Shown here: piece after piece, positions 39,093 through 49,247 of the stretch
Numbering within the stretch: the first letter of the stretch is position 1
Layout of the letters: each line of letters opens with the position of its first letter
Assembly (NCBI GenBank): GCA_016207065.1
Contig: JACQQK010000074.1
Span: 1 to 61,235 of the forward strand
Source: Nitrospinota bacterium
Lineage (GTDB): Bacteria > Nitrospinota > Nitrospinia > Nitrospinales > JACRGP01
DNA length: 61,235 nucleotides
Direction of reading: 5' to 3'
The notes under the pieces: model-generated
The model's database searches: none
Told to the model about the DNA's origin: nothing
The model's input: the letters and a program-made list of their open reading frames with translations, nothing else
Made by a program: the position numbers and the translations under genes

Positions 39093-41111
39093 ATGAACAA
39101 CGCTCTCCTTTTGCTGTCCGGACCGGCCCTGGCGCTTTCAGCTTCCGCAGCGACCCCTCTTTTCGCCCGCGACAGGCGCGTCCAGATTTGGGCGCTGTGC
39201 TCGTTACTCGCCTTGTCCGGCGTGGCCACGGCCGTCTCCGGAATGGCGGGACTGTTATCGCCGCCGAAGACCGCCGTCCTTCCCCTTGGGCTTCCGCGGA
39301 TGCCCATGCACCTGCGCCTGGACGCCCTCGCCGGTTTTTTTCAAGTCGTGATCGGATTTTCGGTCGTTTCCGCGGCGGTTTATTCCGTCGGTTACCTGCG
39401 GCCCATGGCCAAGGACCGGAGCCTGACCCCCCTGGGCGTCTTTCTGTCCCTGTTCGTCCTCGGCATGCAGGGAGTAACGCTCGCCAACGACGCGTATACG
39501 TTCATGGTCTTCTGGGAGTTGATGAGCGTGACCTCCTATTTTCTGGTCGTCTTCGAACACGAGAATGAGGCCAACCGCAAAGCGGGGTTTCTATACCTGT
39601 TGATGGCCCATCTCGGGGGCCTTCTCATACTCGGCGGTTTCGCCGTCCTCTACGCCGCGGAGCGTTCGTTTGAATTCGACGTCATGCGCGCCGCGGAATT
39701 GAGTCCGCTCTGGGCCTCGATGGCCTTCTTGCTGGCCGGATTCGGTTTCGGCATGAAGGCCGGAGTGGTCCCGTTGCACGCCTGGTTGCCGGAGGCCCAT
39801 CCGGTGGCGCCTTCCAACGCCTCCGCCTTGATGAGCGGGGTGATGATCAAAGTGGCCATCTTCGGTTTTCTGCGGGTCGTGTGGGACCTGGTGGGACTGG
39901 AACAGGGAGCCTGGTGGTGGGGCGGGGTGGTGTTGGCGGCGGGTTCAAGCTCGTCGGTGAGCGGCATATTGCTGGCGTTACAGCAACACGATCTCAAACG
40001 CCTGCTGGCCTATTCCTCGGTGGAGAACATCGGAATCATCGTTATCGGACTGGGATTGGCCATGATCTTCTCCCACTTCGAGTATCAGGACCTGGCGGCC
40101 CTTGGCATCGTGGCGTCGCTGTACCATACCTTGAATCACTCCCTGTTCAAAGGTTTGCTGTTCATGGGGGCGGGGGCGGTCCTGCACGGCGCCCACAACC
40201 GCGACATGGAGCAAATGGGCGGGTTGATCCGGCGCATGCCCTATACCGCCGCCCTGTTTCTCGTGGGTTGCGTCTCCATATCGGCCCTGCCGCCGTTCAA
40301 CGGGTTCGTTTCGGAATGGCTGACCTTCCAGGCGGCCCTGATGGCGCCGAAGTTGACGGGCACCATATTGTCCGCGTTGATTCCATTCTCCGCGGCCATG
40401 CTGGCCCTGGCGGGCGCTTTGGCGGCGACGTGCTTCGTCAAGGTGTTTGGCGTCGTCTTTCAAGGGACCCCGCGGTCCCGTTCGGCGGCGGAGTCCCATG
40501 AAGTCGACCGTTGGATGCTGTCGGGCATGGCCATCCCCGCCCTGTTGTGCGTTTTGCTCGGCGTCTTTCCGGTGTGGGTCATCCGCTTGATCGACGCGGT
40601 GCCTATCGCCTTGATACAGACCAGCCTGGGCGGTTTGATCGCCGAGGGCGGCTGGCTGTGGTTGACGCCGATCGCCCCGGAACGGGCGTCCTACTCGCCG
40701 CTGATCGTGATGGCGGTGTCGCTGTCGGCGGGATTCGCCGCCTTTTTCATGTACCGCCGGGGCCGTCCCGTGCGGCGCGCCCCCATTTGGAGTTGCGGCC
40801 ATCCCAACCTCAATCCGCGCATGCAATATACCGCGACGAGTTTTTCCCAACCGTTGCGGCATATCTTCTCGAATATCTATCGGCCGCTGGAAAAGTCCCT
40901 GCGCGTGGACCATGGACACATCTTGCAGGTCAAGCAGGTGCGTTATTCGGTGCACGTCCAGGACCTGGCCTGGAACTACCTCTACGCGCCGGTCAGGCAG
41001 TTCACCGCCTGGGCGACCCAGGCCGTCGACTGGTTGCACGCGCGCCGGATCCACGGCCATCTCGCGTTGATTTTCGCGACCTTGTTGATCCTCATGAGTC
41101 TCCTGGTATGA
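39093..41111 (+). CDS. hyfB: Hydrogenase-4 component B-like antiporter subunit (NuoL/M-like)
   Basis: FWELMS, KAG.VPLHAWLPEAHPVAPS, KRLLAYSSVENIG, LPPFNGFVSEW and W.CG motifs. Confidence 0.92.
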   Translation: MNNALLLLSGPALALSASAATPLFARDRRVQIWALCSLLALSGVATAVSGMAGLLSPPKTAVLPLGLPRMPMHLRLDALAGFFQVVIGFSVVSAAVYSVGYLRPMAKDRSLTPLGVFLSLFVLGMQGVTLANDAYTFMVFWELMSVTSYFLVVFEHENEANRKAGFLYLLMAHLGGLLILGGFAVLYAAERSFEFDVMRAAELSPLWASMAFLLAGFGFGMKAGVVPLHAWLPEAHPVAPSNASALMSGVMIKVAIFGFLRVVWDLVGLEQGAWWWGGVVLAAGSSSSVSGILLALQQHDLKRLLAYSSVENIGIIVIGLGLAMIFSHFEYQDLAALGIVASLYHTLNHSLFKGLLFMGAGAVLHGAHNRDMEQMGGLIRRMPYTAALFLVGCVSISALPPFNGFVSEWLTFQAALMAPKLTGTILSALIPFSAAMLALAGALAATCFVKVFGVVFQGTPRSRSAAESHEVDRWMLSGMAIPALLCVLLGVFPVWVIRLIDAVPIALIQTSLGGLIAEGGWLWLTPIAPERASYSPLIVMAVSLSAGFAAFFMYRRGRPVRRAPIWSCGHPNLNPRMQYTATSFSQPLRHIFSNIYRPLEKSLRVDHGHILQVKQVRYSVHVQDLAWNYLYAPVRQFTAWATQAVDWLHARRIHGHLALIFATLLILMSLLV

Positions 41112-42055
41112 AACTCTGGGCCTACAACATCCTTCAAGCGGCGCTTCTGATCGGACTGTCTCCGCTGGCCGCGGCGGTCCTGAGGAAACTGAAGGCGCTT
41201 CTGCAAAACCGCCGGGGCCCCGGACCGCTACAGACCTACCGCGATCTCGTCAAGCTGTTCAACAAGGAACCGGTATTGCCCGATCGGGCTTCGTGGATTT
41301 TCAGGCTGGCCCCCTATGTCGTCTTTGCCGTCACGGCCTTGTCGGCCGCCATCGTGCCGGTCATCCTGGTCCATACGCCCCTGTCCGCGGTGGCCGACGT
41401 CATCACCCTGGTGGGACTTCTGGCCATGGCCCGTTTCTTTACCGCCCTAGCGGCGATGGACCTCGGAACCGCTTTTGGCGGGATGGGCGCCAGCCGCGAA
41501 ATGACCTTCGCCGCGTTGGCCGAACCCGCCATGCTCATGAGCGTTTTCATACTCTCCCTCGCGGCGCAGAGCACCAACCTCTCCACCGTGACCGACACCA
41601 TGCTCAACGCCGACCTGGGACTGCGGCCCTCGCTGGCTTTCGCGTTGACCGCCATGGCGCTGGTGGCCATCGCGGAAACCGGGCGCATCCCCGTGGACAA
41701 TCCCGCCACCCACCTGGAACTGACCATGGTCCACGAAGCGATGGTCCTCGAGTATTCCGGACGGTACCTGGCGCTGATCGAATGGGCCAACCAGATCAAG
41801 CTCATGTTGTTCGCCACCTTGTTGATCAACCTGTTCGTTCCCTGGGGCATAGCCATGGAGGCGACCGCCGTCAACATGGCGTTCGCCGCGTCCGCATGGC
41901 TATTGAAACTCCTCGCCCTGTTCGTGGCGCTGACCCTGATGGAAACCTGGATGGCCAAGATGCGCATCTTCCGCGTGCCGGAGTATCTGGGGCTGGCCTT
42001 TCTGCTGGCCATTCTCGGCATGTTGACCCACTTCATCCTGGAGGTCGTCATTTGA
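41108..42055 (+). CDS. hyfC: HyfC/NuoH-like membrane subunit
   Basis: QNRRGP, ETGRIPVDNPATHLELTMVHEAMVLEYSG. ATGA overlap with hyfB. Confidence 0.92.
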   Translation: MKLWAYNILQAALLIGLSPLAAAVLRKLKALLQNRRGPGPLQTYRDLVKLFNKEPVLPDRASWIFRLAPYVVFAVTALSAAIVPVILVHTPLSAVADVITLVGLLAMARFFTALAAMDLGTAFGGMGASREMTFAALAEPAMLMSVFILSLAAQSTNLSTVTDTMLNADLGLRPSLAFALTAMALVAIAETGRIPVDNPATHLELTMVHEAMVLEYSGRYLALIEWANQIKLMLFATLLINLFVPWGIAMEATAVNMAFAASAWLLKLLALFVALTLMETWMAKMRIFRVPEYLGLAFLLAILGMLTHFILEVVI

Positions 42056-42711
42056 TATCGGCGGAGCTTCTGAAACAATTGCTGTCCCTGGCCGCGGCGC
42101 TGTTTTTGCTGACCGCGTTCGCCCTGCTTGCCCAAAGGCACATGCACGCCCTTCTGCGCTGGTTCGCGGTCCAGGGCGTGTTGCTGGCGGCGACCACCGC
42201 CCTGGTGGCCTACGCCGCCAACGTCCACGAATTGTACATTTCGGCCTTTCTGGCCCTGGTCCTGAAGGGCCTGCTGGTTCCCTGGCTGTTGTGGCGCATC
42301 GTCATCCGCCTCGGCGCGCATCGCGAGGTAGAGTCGCTGGTCAACATTTTCGCCACCATGCTGATCGGCGCCGCCCTGGTGTTGTTCGCTTATTACGTCA
42401 GCCTGCCCATCCAGGAGCTGTCGTTCGTGGTGACGAGGAACATCATCGCCATCGCGCTGGCCTGCGTGCTGATCGGCATGCTGATCATGATCACCCGGCG
42501 CAAGGCCATCACCCAGGTCGTGGGTTTTCTCGCCCTGGAAAACGCCTTGTTCTTCACGGCCACCGCCGCCACCTATGGCATGCCGCTCGTGGTCGAGATC
42601 GGCGTGGCCTTCGACGTGTTGATCGCGGCGTTGATCTTCGGGGTGTTTTTCTTCCAAATCCGCAGTACGTTCGACTCCCTGGACCTGAAGCATTTGGAGG
42701 TGGAACGGTGA
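42052..42711 (+). CDS. hyfE: HyfE-like membrane subunit
   Basis: RRKAITQVVGFLALEN, GMPLVVEIGVAFD. TTG start after GGAGG. Confidence 0.9.
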   Translation: MISAELLKQLLSLAAALFLLTAFALLAQRHMHALLRWFAVQGVLLAATTALVAYAANVHELYISAFLALVLKGLLVPWLLWRIVIRLGAHREVESLVNIFATMLIGAALVLFAYYVSLPIQELSFVVTRNIIAIALACVLIGMLIMITRRKAITQVVGFLALENALFFTATAATYGMPLVVEIGVAFDVLIAALIFGVFFFQIRSTFDSLDLKHLEVER

Positions 42712-44171
42712 GCCTGTTCGACCTGCTCCTGGGGATTCCGTTGCTGTCGGGAGTCGTCATGGCCCTCATAAACCGTTCCCCTATCGCGGCCCGGTTGAAT
42801 ATCGCGGCCGGCTTCCTGACCTTCGTCGTTGCCCTGGCGTTGGCCTTTCAGGTTTTGGAACAGGGGTCCATCCTTGCCCACGAGCAGGCTTTTTTTCTGG
42901 ATCCGTATAACGTTTTCCTGGTCTCTCTCACGGCCTTCGTCGCCGCCACCACCGCGATCTTCTCCCGCACTTACATGTTGCACGAGGAGGAAATCGGCAG
43001 GGTGACCGCGAGCAACCTGCGGCTTTATCATGCCATGTTCCAGTTGTTCATTTTCGGCATGTTGCTCGCGTTGACGACAAACAATCTGGGGGTGTTGTGG
43101 ATCGCGCTCGAACTGGCGACCCTCGCGACGGTACTGCTGGTTTCCCTGTACCGTACGCCGGCGGCCATCAGCGCCGCGTGGAAATACTTCATCCTGTGCG
43201 GCGTGGGCATCGCCCTGGCGCTGTTCGGCACGATCTTGATCTTTTCCACGTCCTCCGAGACGCTGGGGCACGGCAACGATGCGTTGACGTGGACCCTGTT
43301 GTATAAAAACGCCGAGAACCTGACCCCGCAGGTAATCACCATCGCCTTTGTTTTTCTGATGGTGGGCTATGGCACCAAGGTGGGACTGGTCCCCATGCAT
43401 GCCTGGTTGCCGGACGCCCATGGAGAGGGACCGACGCCCATTTCCGCCGTCCTCTCCGGGTTATTGCTGAACGTCGCCCTTTACGCGCTGGTCCGTTGCA
43501 AGACCCTGGTGGACGGAGCCACCCATGGCGACCTGGCCGGGAAATTGATGATGGGGTTCGGGATGTTGTCCCTGGTGGTCGCCTCCATGGCCTTGCACCG
43601 GCAACGCGACATCAAGCGGATGTATTCCTTTTCCTCCATCGAGCACATGGGGCTCATGACTTTCTCCTTCGGCATCGGTACGCCGTTGGCGAATTTCGCG
43701 GCGCTCCTGCACATGACGGTGCATTCGCTGGTCAAATCCGGCATCTTCTTTACCGTCGGCCACGCCGCGCAGGGGATGAAGACCCAAAACATGATCGGCA
43801 TCCGCGGGTTGATCCGTCTTCAACCGGGCATCGGTTGGGGGTTGTTGCTGGGCACCATAGCCATCGCGGGTTTCCCTCCTTTTGGAGTGTTCGCCAGCGA
43901 ATTCCTGTTGATGACCGCGGCCCTGCAATCCTATCCCTGGACCATATGCCTGTTGTTGCCGAGCCTGGTGGTCGCTTTCGCCGGGCTGTTCCGCCACGTG
44001 CAACCCATGGTTTTCGGCGTTCCTCCCGAGGAGGTCCGGGCGGTGCGCGTGAACATGCTCCCGGTTTACATCCATCTGGGCCTGGCGCTGGTCCTGGGCC
44101 TGGCGATCCCCGGTTTTCTGGCGGACTGGTATCACAACGCCGCCGATCTGTTGCACAGGGGGGCGCAATGA
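42708..44171 (+). CDS. hyfF: HyfF-like antiporter subunit
   Basis: AAWKYFILC, GYGTKVGLVPMHAWLPDAH and SSIEHMG motifs. GTG start after GGAGG. Confidence 0.92.
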   Translation: MSLFDLLLGIPLLSGVVMALINRSPIAARLNIAAGFLTFVVALALAFQVLEQGSILAHEQAFFLDPYNVFLVSLTAFVAATTAIFSRTYMLHEEEIGRVTASNLRLYHAMFQLFIFGMLLALTTNNLGVLWIALELATLATVLLVSLYRTPAAISAAWKYFILCGVGIALALFGTILIFSTSSETLGHGNDALTWTLLYKNAENLTPQVITIAFVFLMVGYGTKVGLVPMHAWLPDAHGEGPTPISAVLSGLLLNVALYALVRCKTLVDGATHGDLAGKLMMGFGMLSLVVASMALHRQRDIKRMYSFSSIEHMGLMTFSFGIGTPLANFAALLHMTVHSLVKSGIFFTVGHAAQGMKTQNMIGIRGLIRLQPGIGWGLLLGTIAIAGFPPFGVFASEFLLMTAALQSYPWTICLLLPSLVVAFAGLFRHVQPMVFGVPPEEVRAVRVNMLPVYIHLGLALVLGLAIPGFLADWYHNAADLLHRGAQ

Positions 44172-45733
44172 AGTTCAGGCTGAGCGAACATCTTGCCTCG
44201 TTGATCGCGGTCGCCGATCTCGACGTCGAGAGGACGGAAGGTCCGCCCCCCAGTCTGCGGGTGGACCGCGACGACTGGGCCGCGGTCGCGCGGATCGCCA
44301 GGGAGGCGGGAATGCGGCTGGTGGCGGAATGGGCGGCCCAGGAAAAGGATGGGTTTTCGGTCCATGCCGCTTACGCGCAAAACCCCAACGGTTATGCCCT
44401 GGTAAAAACGACGCTGAACGCCGGAGTAGAGGGATTCCCCAGCCTGGCGCCCCATTACGTCGCCGCGGCGCGCATGGAGCGCGCGATCCATGACCTGTTC
44501 GGCCTCATGCCCCTGGGCCATCCCGACCCGCGTCCATGGATCAAACACGAACACTGGCCGGAGGGCGCCCATCCACTGCGCAAGGACTTCGCCGCCGATA
44601 CCGGCATGCCCCGCGGGGAGGGCCGTTACCCGTTTATCGAGGCGGAGGGGGAAGGCGTCTACGAGATCCCCGTGGGTCCGGTGCATGCGGGGATCATCGA
44701 ACCCGGGCATTTCCGCTTCCTCGCGGTGGGCGAGCAAATCCTGAACCTGGAGGAACGTTTGGGCTACGTGCACAAAGGCATCGAAAAAAGCATGGAGGGG
44801 CGCGACGCCTTTTCCGCGGCGCGCCTGGCCGCCCGCATTTCCGGCGACGCCACCGTGGCGCATGCCTGGGCGTTTTGCCTGGCGGCGGAACAGGCCGCGG
44901 GCCTGGAAGCGTCCCCCCGCGCCGCCACGTTACGCGCGATATTGTGCGAGCGCGAACGCATGGCCAATCACATTGGCGATATCGGCGCCATCTGTAACGA
45001 CGCGGCATGGGGTTTTATGCACATGCAGTGTCAGCGACTGCGCGAGGAGATGGCGCGACTGCATCGCCGCCTGTTTGGCCATCGGCTGTTGATGGACTGC
45101 GTTCTGCCGGGGGGAGCGGCCCGCGATCTGGACGCCGAAGGCATCGAAGCGCTGGCCGGACAGACGCAGGCCATGGCCCGCGAAATGAACGAACTGTTTG
45201 AAATGTACGAGGACCAGACGTCGATCCGCGAGCGGGTCATCGACTCCGGCGCGATCCAGTCCAGGCACGCCCGCGACCTGGGCCTGCTGGGTTACGCGGG
45301 CCGGAGCGCCGAATGCGACATCGACGCTCGCCGCGACGCCGCCTATCCCCCTTATGACCGCCATCCCCCGCAGGTCAAGGTGTGCAAGGGAGGCGACGTG
45401 TCCGCCCGCCTGTGGATCCGTTTCCAGGAGATCCAGGAGAGCGCGAGGCTGGTCCAGAAGTTTCTGGCTGAACTCCCCGCGGGTCCCTTGCGGGAGCCAT
45501 GGACCGCGCCGCGCGACGGCCGCTGGGGTTTTGCCGCCATCGAGTCCTGGCGCGGCGAGATCGCCGCCTGGGTGCGTTTCGGCGCCGGGGGTAAAATCGA
45601 CCGCTGTTACGCGCGAGACCCGTCCATGATCAACTGGCTGGGCCTGGAACTCGCGGTGCGCGAGGTGCCGGTGCCCGATTTTCCTCTCAACAATAAATCG
45701 TTCAATTGCTCGTACTCCGGGCACGATCTGTAA
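44168..45733 (+). CDS. HyfG/HycE-like large subunit (NuoC-NuoD fusion) lacking NiFe cysteine motifs (Ehr type)
   Basis: VGPVHAGIIEPGHFRF, GYVHKGIE. L1 position reads RISGD and L2 reads SFNCSYSGHDL. Confidence 0.92.
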   Translation: MKFRLSEHLASLIAVADLDVERTEGPPPSLRVDRDDWAAVARIAREAGMRLVAEWAAQEKDGFSVHAAYAQNPNGYALVKTTLNAGVEGFPSLAPHYVAAARMERAIHDLFGLMPLGHPDPRPWIKHEHWPEGAHPLRKDFAADTGMPRGEGRYPFIEAEGEGVYEIPVGPVHAGIIEPGHFRFLAVGEQILNLEERLGYVHKGIEKSMEGRDAFSAARLAARISGDATVAHAWAFCLAAEQAAGLEASPRAATLRAILCERERMANHIGDIGAICNDAAWGFMHMQCQRLREEMARLHRRLFGHRLLMDCVLPGGAARDLDAEGIEALAGQTQAMAREMNELFEMYEDQTSIRERVIDSGAIQSRHARDLGLLGYAGRSAECDIDARRDAAYPPYDRHPPQVKVCKGGDVSARLWIRFQEIQESARLVQKFLAELPAGPLREPWTAPRDGRWGFAAIESWRGEIAAWVRFGAGGKIDRCYARDPSMINWLGLELAVREVPVPDFPLNNKSFNCSYSGHDL

Positions 45734-45740
45734 GGCCGCC

Positions 45741-46253
45741 ATGCAACGCATGTTACGCAAAATCATACGAGTCGGGACCGTAACGGAACCTCCGGGGAAG
45801 GCGGACAACCGGATCGAGACGCTGGGCGCGTTGCTGGACGAGGCGATTCGCCGGCGTTTCCAGGGTTCTCTGGCCATCCGTCAGGTGGATGCCGGTTCCT
45901 GCAACGGTTGCGAACTCGAGATTCACGCCCTGAATAATCCCTACTACGATATCGAGCGCTTCGGGATTCACTTCGTCGCCTCGCCGCGGCACGCCGATAT
46001 GTTACTGGTGACCGGCCCGGTCAGCCGTAATATGGAAACCGCGTTGAGGATGACCTACGACGCCGTCCCCAACCCAAAACTGGTTGTCGCCGCGGGCGAT
46101 TGCGCGGTCCGCGGCGGGGAGTTTGGATGTTCCTACGCCTTGTCCGGAAAGGTCGCCAACGTGATCCCCGTGGACGTCGCCGTGCAGGGTTGCCCGCCAA
46201 CGCCCGCGGACCTGATCCAAGGCATACTGACGGCGCTAGGGTTGGCGCGATAA
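45741..46253 (+). CDS. HyfI/NuoB-like Fe-S small subunit
   Basis: DAGSCNGCE, ASPRHAD, GDCA and GCPP motifs. Confidence 0.95.
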   Translation: MQRMLRKIIRVGTVTEPPGKADNRIETLGALLDEAIRRRFQGSLAIRQVDAGSCNGCELEIHALNNPYYDIERFGIHFVASPRHADMLLVTGPVSRNMETALRMTYDAVPNPKLVVAAGDCAVRGGEFGCSYALSGKVANVIPVDVAVQGCPPTPADLIQGILTALGLAR

Positions 46254-46303
46254 CCGCCGCCGTATCCTTAGTTGCCGTATCCGCATTATTTCTCGACGCC
46301 CCT

Positions 46304-46603
46304 ATGACGTCAAAAAACGGGAAAACCTGGGAAGTCTATATCGTAAGGACCCGGTCCGGGAAATTGTACACGGGTATCACCACGGACCTGGAAAGGCGGT
46401 TTCAGGAACACGCCCGGACCAAGCGGGGGGCGAAATTCTTCCGCGTCTCCCGGCCCGAGGCGATCGCTTTCAAGGAAACGGCCCCCAACCGGTCGGAGGC
46501 GACCCGCCGGGAAATGGAAATCAAAAGGATGTCGCGCGCGGAAAAATTGCGTCTGATCGAGGAGCGCCAACGTACCGTTGGATCTGATGCCGCCTCCGGC
46601 TGA
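46304..46603 (+). CDS. Stand-alone GIY-YIG nuclease (UPF0213/YhbQ-like)
   Basis: VYIVR...LYTGITTDLERRF.EH, GAKF and A.RRE..IK motifs. Confidence 0.9.
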   Translation: MTSKNGKTWEVYIVRTRSGKLYTGITTDLERRFQEHARTKRGAKFFRVSRPEAIAFKETAPNRSEATRREMEIKRMSRAEKLRLIEERQRTVGSDAASG

Positions 46604-46723
46604 CGCCGAGGCGTCCGGCGTGACGCCGGATTCATTACCGCCCCGGCGCAAGCGCGGGGCGGCATTGCCCACCGGGGGCGCCCCCGGCGTCATCGCCGCG
46701 TTGCCTCCGGGCGCTTGCCCGGC
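46590..46723. repeat. Modular palindromic intergenic repeat, copy 2 (longest)
   Basis: Shares modules with 6412-6515 and 56700-56812. Fills the gap between two convergent genes and supplies the GIY-YIG stop codon. Confidence 0.85.
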
Positions 46724-46948
46724 TCACAACCAGTCTTCCAGATCGAATTGCGCGGCGCAATGCGGATCGCGCATGTCCATATATAAATCCGCCTGGTCGA
46801 ACTGGAGGTTGAACGCCGGCAGGCGTTCGCTTTTGAGGCCGGCCTCCTTGACTCTTTTCTCGGCTCCCTCCAAGGCGGGCAAGCCGCCAAATTCCAAAAC
46901 GACGGCAAACCCCGTCGCGGCCTTGAACTTCAGTATGTACCTTCCCAT
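46724..46948 (-). CDS. Small hypothetical protein
   Basis: 74 aa, ATG start, purine-rich upstream region, plausible composition. Confidence 0.55.
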   Translation of the reverse strand: MGRYILKFKAATGFAVVLEFGGLPALEGAEKRVKEAGLKSERLPAFNLQFDQADLYMDMRDPHCAAQFDLEDWL

Positions 46949-47054
46949 GCTCGTCGTTTTCCCTTTTCCGAGGATAAATGCCGACCATTATACGCGATTC
47001 TCGATGGAATTTAGGGCGTGTAACAAAATGGACCCTTTGGCTCGACACTCAAAT

Positions 47055-47239
47055 TACTCCCCTCCCTTGACCGGGGGAACGCCCCGGAGCGGGATGGCCA
47101 AGCCCGGATTGCCCCCGATGACTCCCATTCGCCATCGGAGCCGCGCCTATTGAGTCCAGCGTCACGCTGGGGAGGGGGCTGGGGGAGGGTGGAACCGGCT
47201 TTTCACCCCCACCTGTCCTCCCCCTTCAAGGGGAAGGAA
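47055..47239. repeat. Composite repeat: CTCCCCTCCC/GGAGGGG REP-like pair interrupted by a degenerate reverse copy of the modular repeat
   Basis: TACTCCCCTCCCTTGACCGGG...[insert ending TGAGTCCAGCGTCACGCTGG]...GGAGGGGGCTGGGGGAGGGTG...CACCCCCACC...TCCTCCCCCTTCAAGGGGAAGGA. Confidence 0.65.
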
Positions 47240-47309
47240 GTTATGGAATACTTCATTTTGTTAGACGCTCTTGGAAAAGCGGTCGTTCAGGCGGGAGTTC
47301 TAACGCGGC

Positions 47310-49247
47310 TCATTCTTTTCCAGATTGCTTTTCGGGAAGAGTGACGAAAAAAGTCGTTCCTTTTCCCGGAACGCTGTTCACCTTGATCTTTCCGCCGTGG
47401 ACCGCGACGACCTTCTGGCAAATCGTCAGGCCCAACCCCGTCCCTTCATAGATCGAGGAATTGTCATGCAATCTCTCGAAAGGCCGGAAGACGCGGTCGG
47501 CGTATTTTTCGTCGAACCCGATGCCATTATCCTCCACCGCGATCGTCCAATTCCCGTCTCCGTCGCGGAAACTTCGCAAATCGAGCGTGGGCGGGGTATC
47601 TTCCTTGTGAAACTTCAGACCGTTTGAAACCAGGTTCTGGAACAATTGCCGCATGTGCAACGGGTCCGCCTCGATGATGGGGAGGTTTTCCCTGTTCACC
47701 GTCCCCCGGGTCTGGGAGATCCGTATTTCCAGGTCGGCCAGCACGTCCTCCACGATCTTGTCCAAGTCGATACGTTCGAACTTCCTGGCCCTGGCCGACA
47801 AGTTGGAATAGAGCAGGAGATCGTCTATGAACAACTGCATGCGCGCGGCGGATTTTTGAATGCGCCCCAAAAGGTCCCGTTCCCGGTCCGGGAACTCCGA
47901 CGCCGCTGACAGCAAACGGTCGCCCAAGGCGATGATTTTGCGAAGCGGCTCCTTGAGGTCGTGCGACACCACGGAGGCAAACCCCTGCAACTCCATGTTG
48001 CTCCGCCGCAGATCCTCCGCGAACTTTCTCAGCTTTTCCTCCGCCGCCTTCCGTTCGGTAATGTCCCGGACGATCCCGATGAACAGGCTGTTTTTGTCGA
48101 ATTCCATGCGGGACAGGGAAAGGTCCAGCGGAAAGGCCGAGCCGTCCTTGCGAAGCCCGGTCAATTCGCATTTCATCGCGTCGAAGCCGTGTTTTTCCGA
48201 CGCCCAAAAACCGGCGGCCTTTTCCTGGTACGCTTTTCTGGACGAGTCGTGCAGTAGTTTCGTAAAGCTTCCCCTGGCGACCTCGGAAGCGGCATAGCCG
48301 AAAATCCTCTCCCCGGCGATATTAAGCGATTCGATCGCGCCGCCTTGATTGACGGTGACGATGGCGTCGGCGACGTTGTCCAAAATGGCGCGCATGCGCA
48401 GTTCGCTTTCCCGCAACGCGTCCTCGGCCTGCTTCCGCTTGGTGATGTTGCGGGCGATGCACAACGTCCCGACGAAGACCTTTTGCGCCCCATGGGTCTG
48501 CACCACGGCGTCGGGGACGCTCCACATCCCGTAGGAGTCGAGGAGGACGGCGATCTTCTTCATCTCGTGCCACTCGGTGGCGCCCGACTTGTACTGCAAG
48601 CGGACCTCCAGGTTCCGGGTGCACCGGGCGCCGACGCGCCGGGTGGCGATCAGATTGACCTTGCCCCTGTCCTCCGGGCAAAGGAATTCCTCCACCGACC
48701 TGCCGAGCGCGTTTTCCGGATCGTATCCCAATTCGCGGATGGCCGAATTGATGAACGTGATCTTCTGCTCCGGGTCCAACTGGAAAATAATGTCCGACAC
48801 CGTTTCCACGATGGTCCGGTAACGTTTTTCGCTTTCCTCGATCCTGAGCTCGTTATGCTTGCGCAACAAAACGTTGTTTATCGAGGTCGGGAGCAACGCG
48901 AGATAATTGCGCTCGTGGTCCTTGATCAAATAGTCGTACGCCCCCCGGCGCATGGCCTCCACCGCCACATGCTCGTTGCCGTTCCCGGTGATCACGATGA
49001 CCGGCGTATTTGCGGCCTCCGAAAGAATCTCCAACCCCACGCCGTCGGCCAGGAGGTAATCCAGCAGGACGACGTCGTAAGTCGATTCCTTCAACCGGGC
49101 GCTCGCCTTCTCAAGCGTTTCGACCGTTTCCAACCGGTAAGGGAGACCGTTTTTCTGGATGAACCTTTCGAGCGCCAGGCAATCCACCCGGTCGTTTTCG
49201 ATCAAAAGGATATTCATGGTTTTCCCGATCATAACCCCTCTTCCCAA
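47310..49247 (-). CDS. REC-PAS-PAS histidine kinase
   Basis: N-terminal receiver (LLDYLL, ITG, YLIKD), two PAS domains, SHDLKEPLR, DNGIG and GTGLGL. True start is probably a few codons downstream. Confidence 0.93.
   Translation of the reverse strand: MGRGVMIGKTMNILLIENDRVDCLALERFIQKNGLPYRLETVETLEKASARLKESTYDVVLLDYLLADGVGLEILSEAANTPVIVITGNGNEHVAVEAMRRGAYDYLIKDHERNYLALLPTSINNVLLRKHNELRIEESEKRYRTIVETVSDIIFQLDPEQKITFINSAIRELGYDPENALGRSVEEFLCPEDRGKVNLIATRRVGARCTRNLEVRLQYKSGATEWHEMKKIAVLLDSYGMWSVPDAVVQTHGAQKVFVGTLCIARNITKRKQAEDALRESELRMRAILDNVADAIVTVNQGGAIESLNIAGERIFGYAASEVARGSFTKLLHDSSRKAYQEKAAGFWASEKHGFDAMKCELTGLRKDGSAFPLDLSLSRMEFDKNSLFIGIVRDITERKAAEEKLRKFAEDLRRSNMELQGFASVVSHDLKEPLRKIIALGDRLLSAASEFPDRERDLLGRIQKSAARMQLFIDDLLLYSNLSARARKFERIDLDKIVEDVLADLEIRISQTRGTVNRENLPIIEADPLHMRQLFQNLVSNGLKFHKEDTPPTLDLRSFRDGDGNWTIAVEDNGIGFDEKYADRVFRPFERLHDNSSIYEGTGLGLTICQKVVAVHGGKIKVNSVPGKGTTFFVTLPEKQSGKE

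Noticed and set aside
39093-46253. Calling the cluster a true NiFe hydrogenase-4 or formate hydrogenlyase
   Set aside because: Ni-binding CxxC motifs are absent and no maturation or Fdh genes are adjacent.
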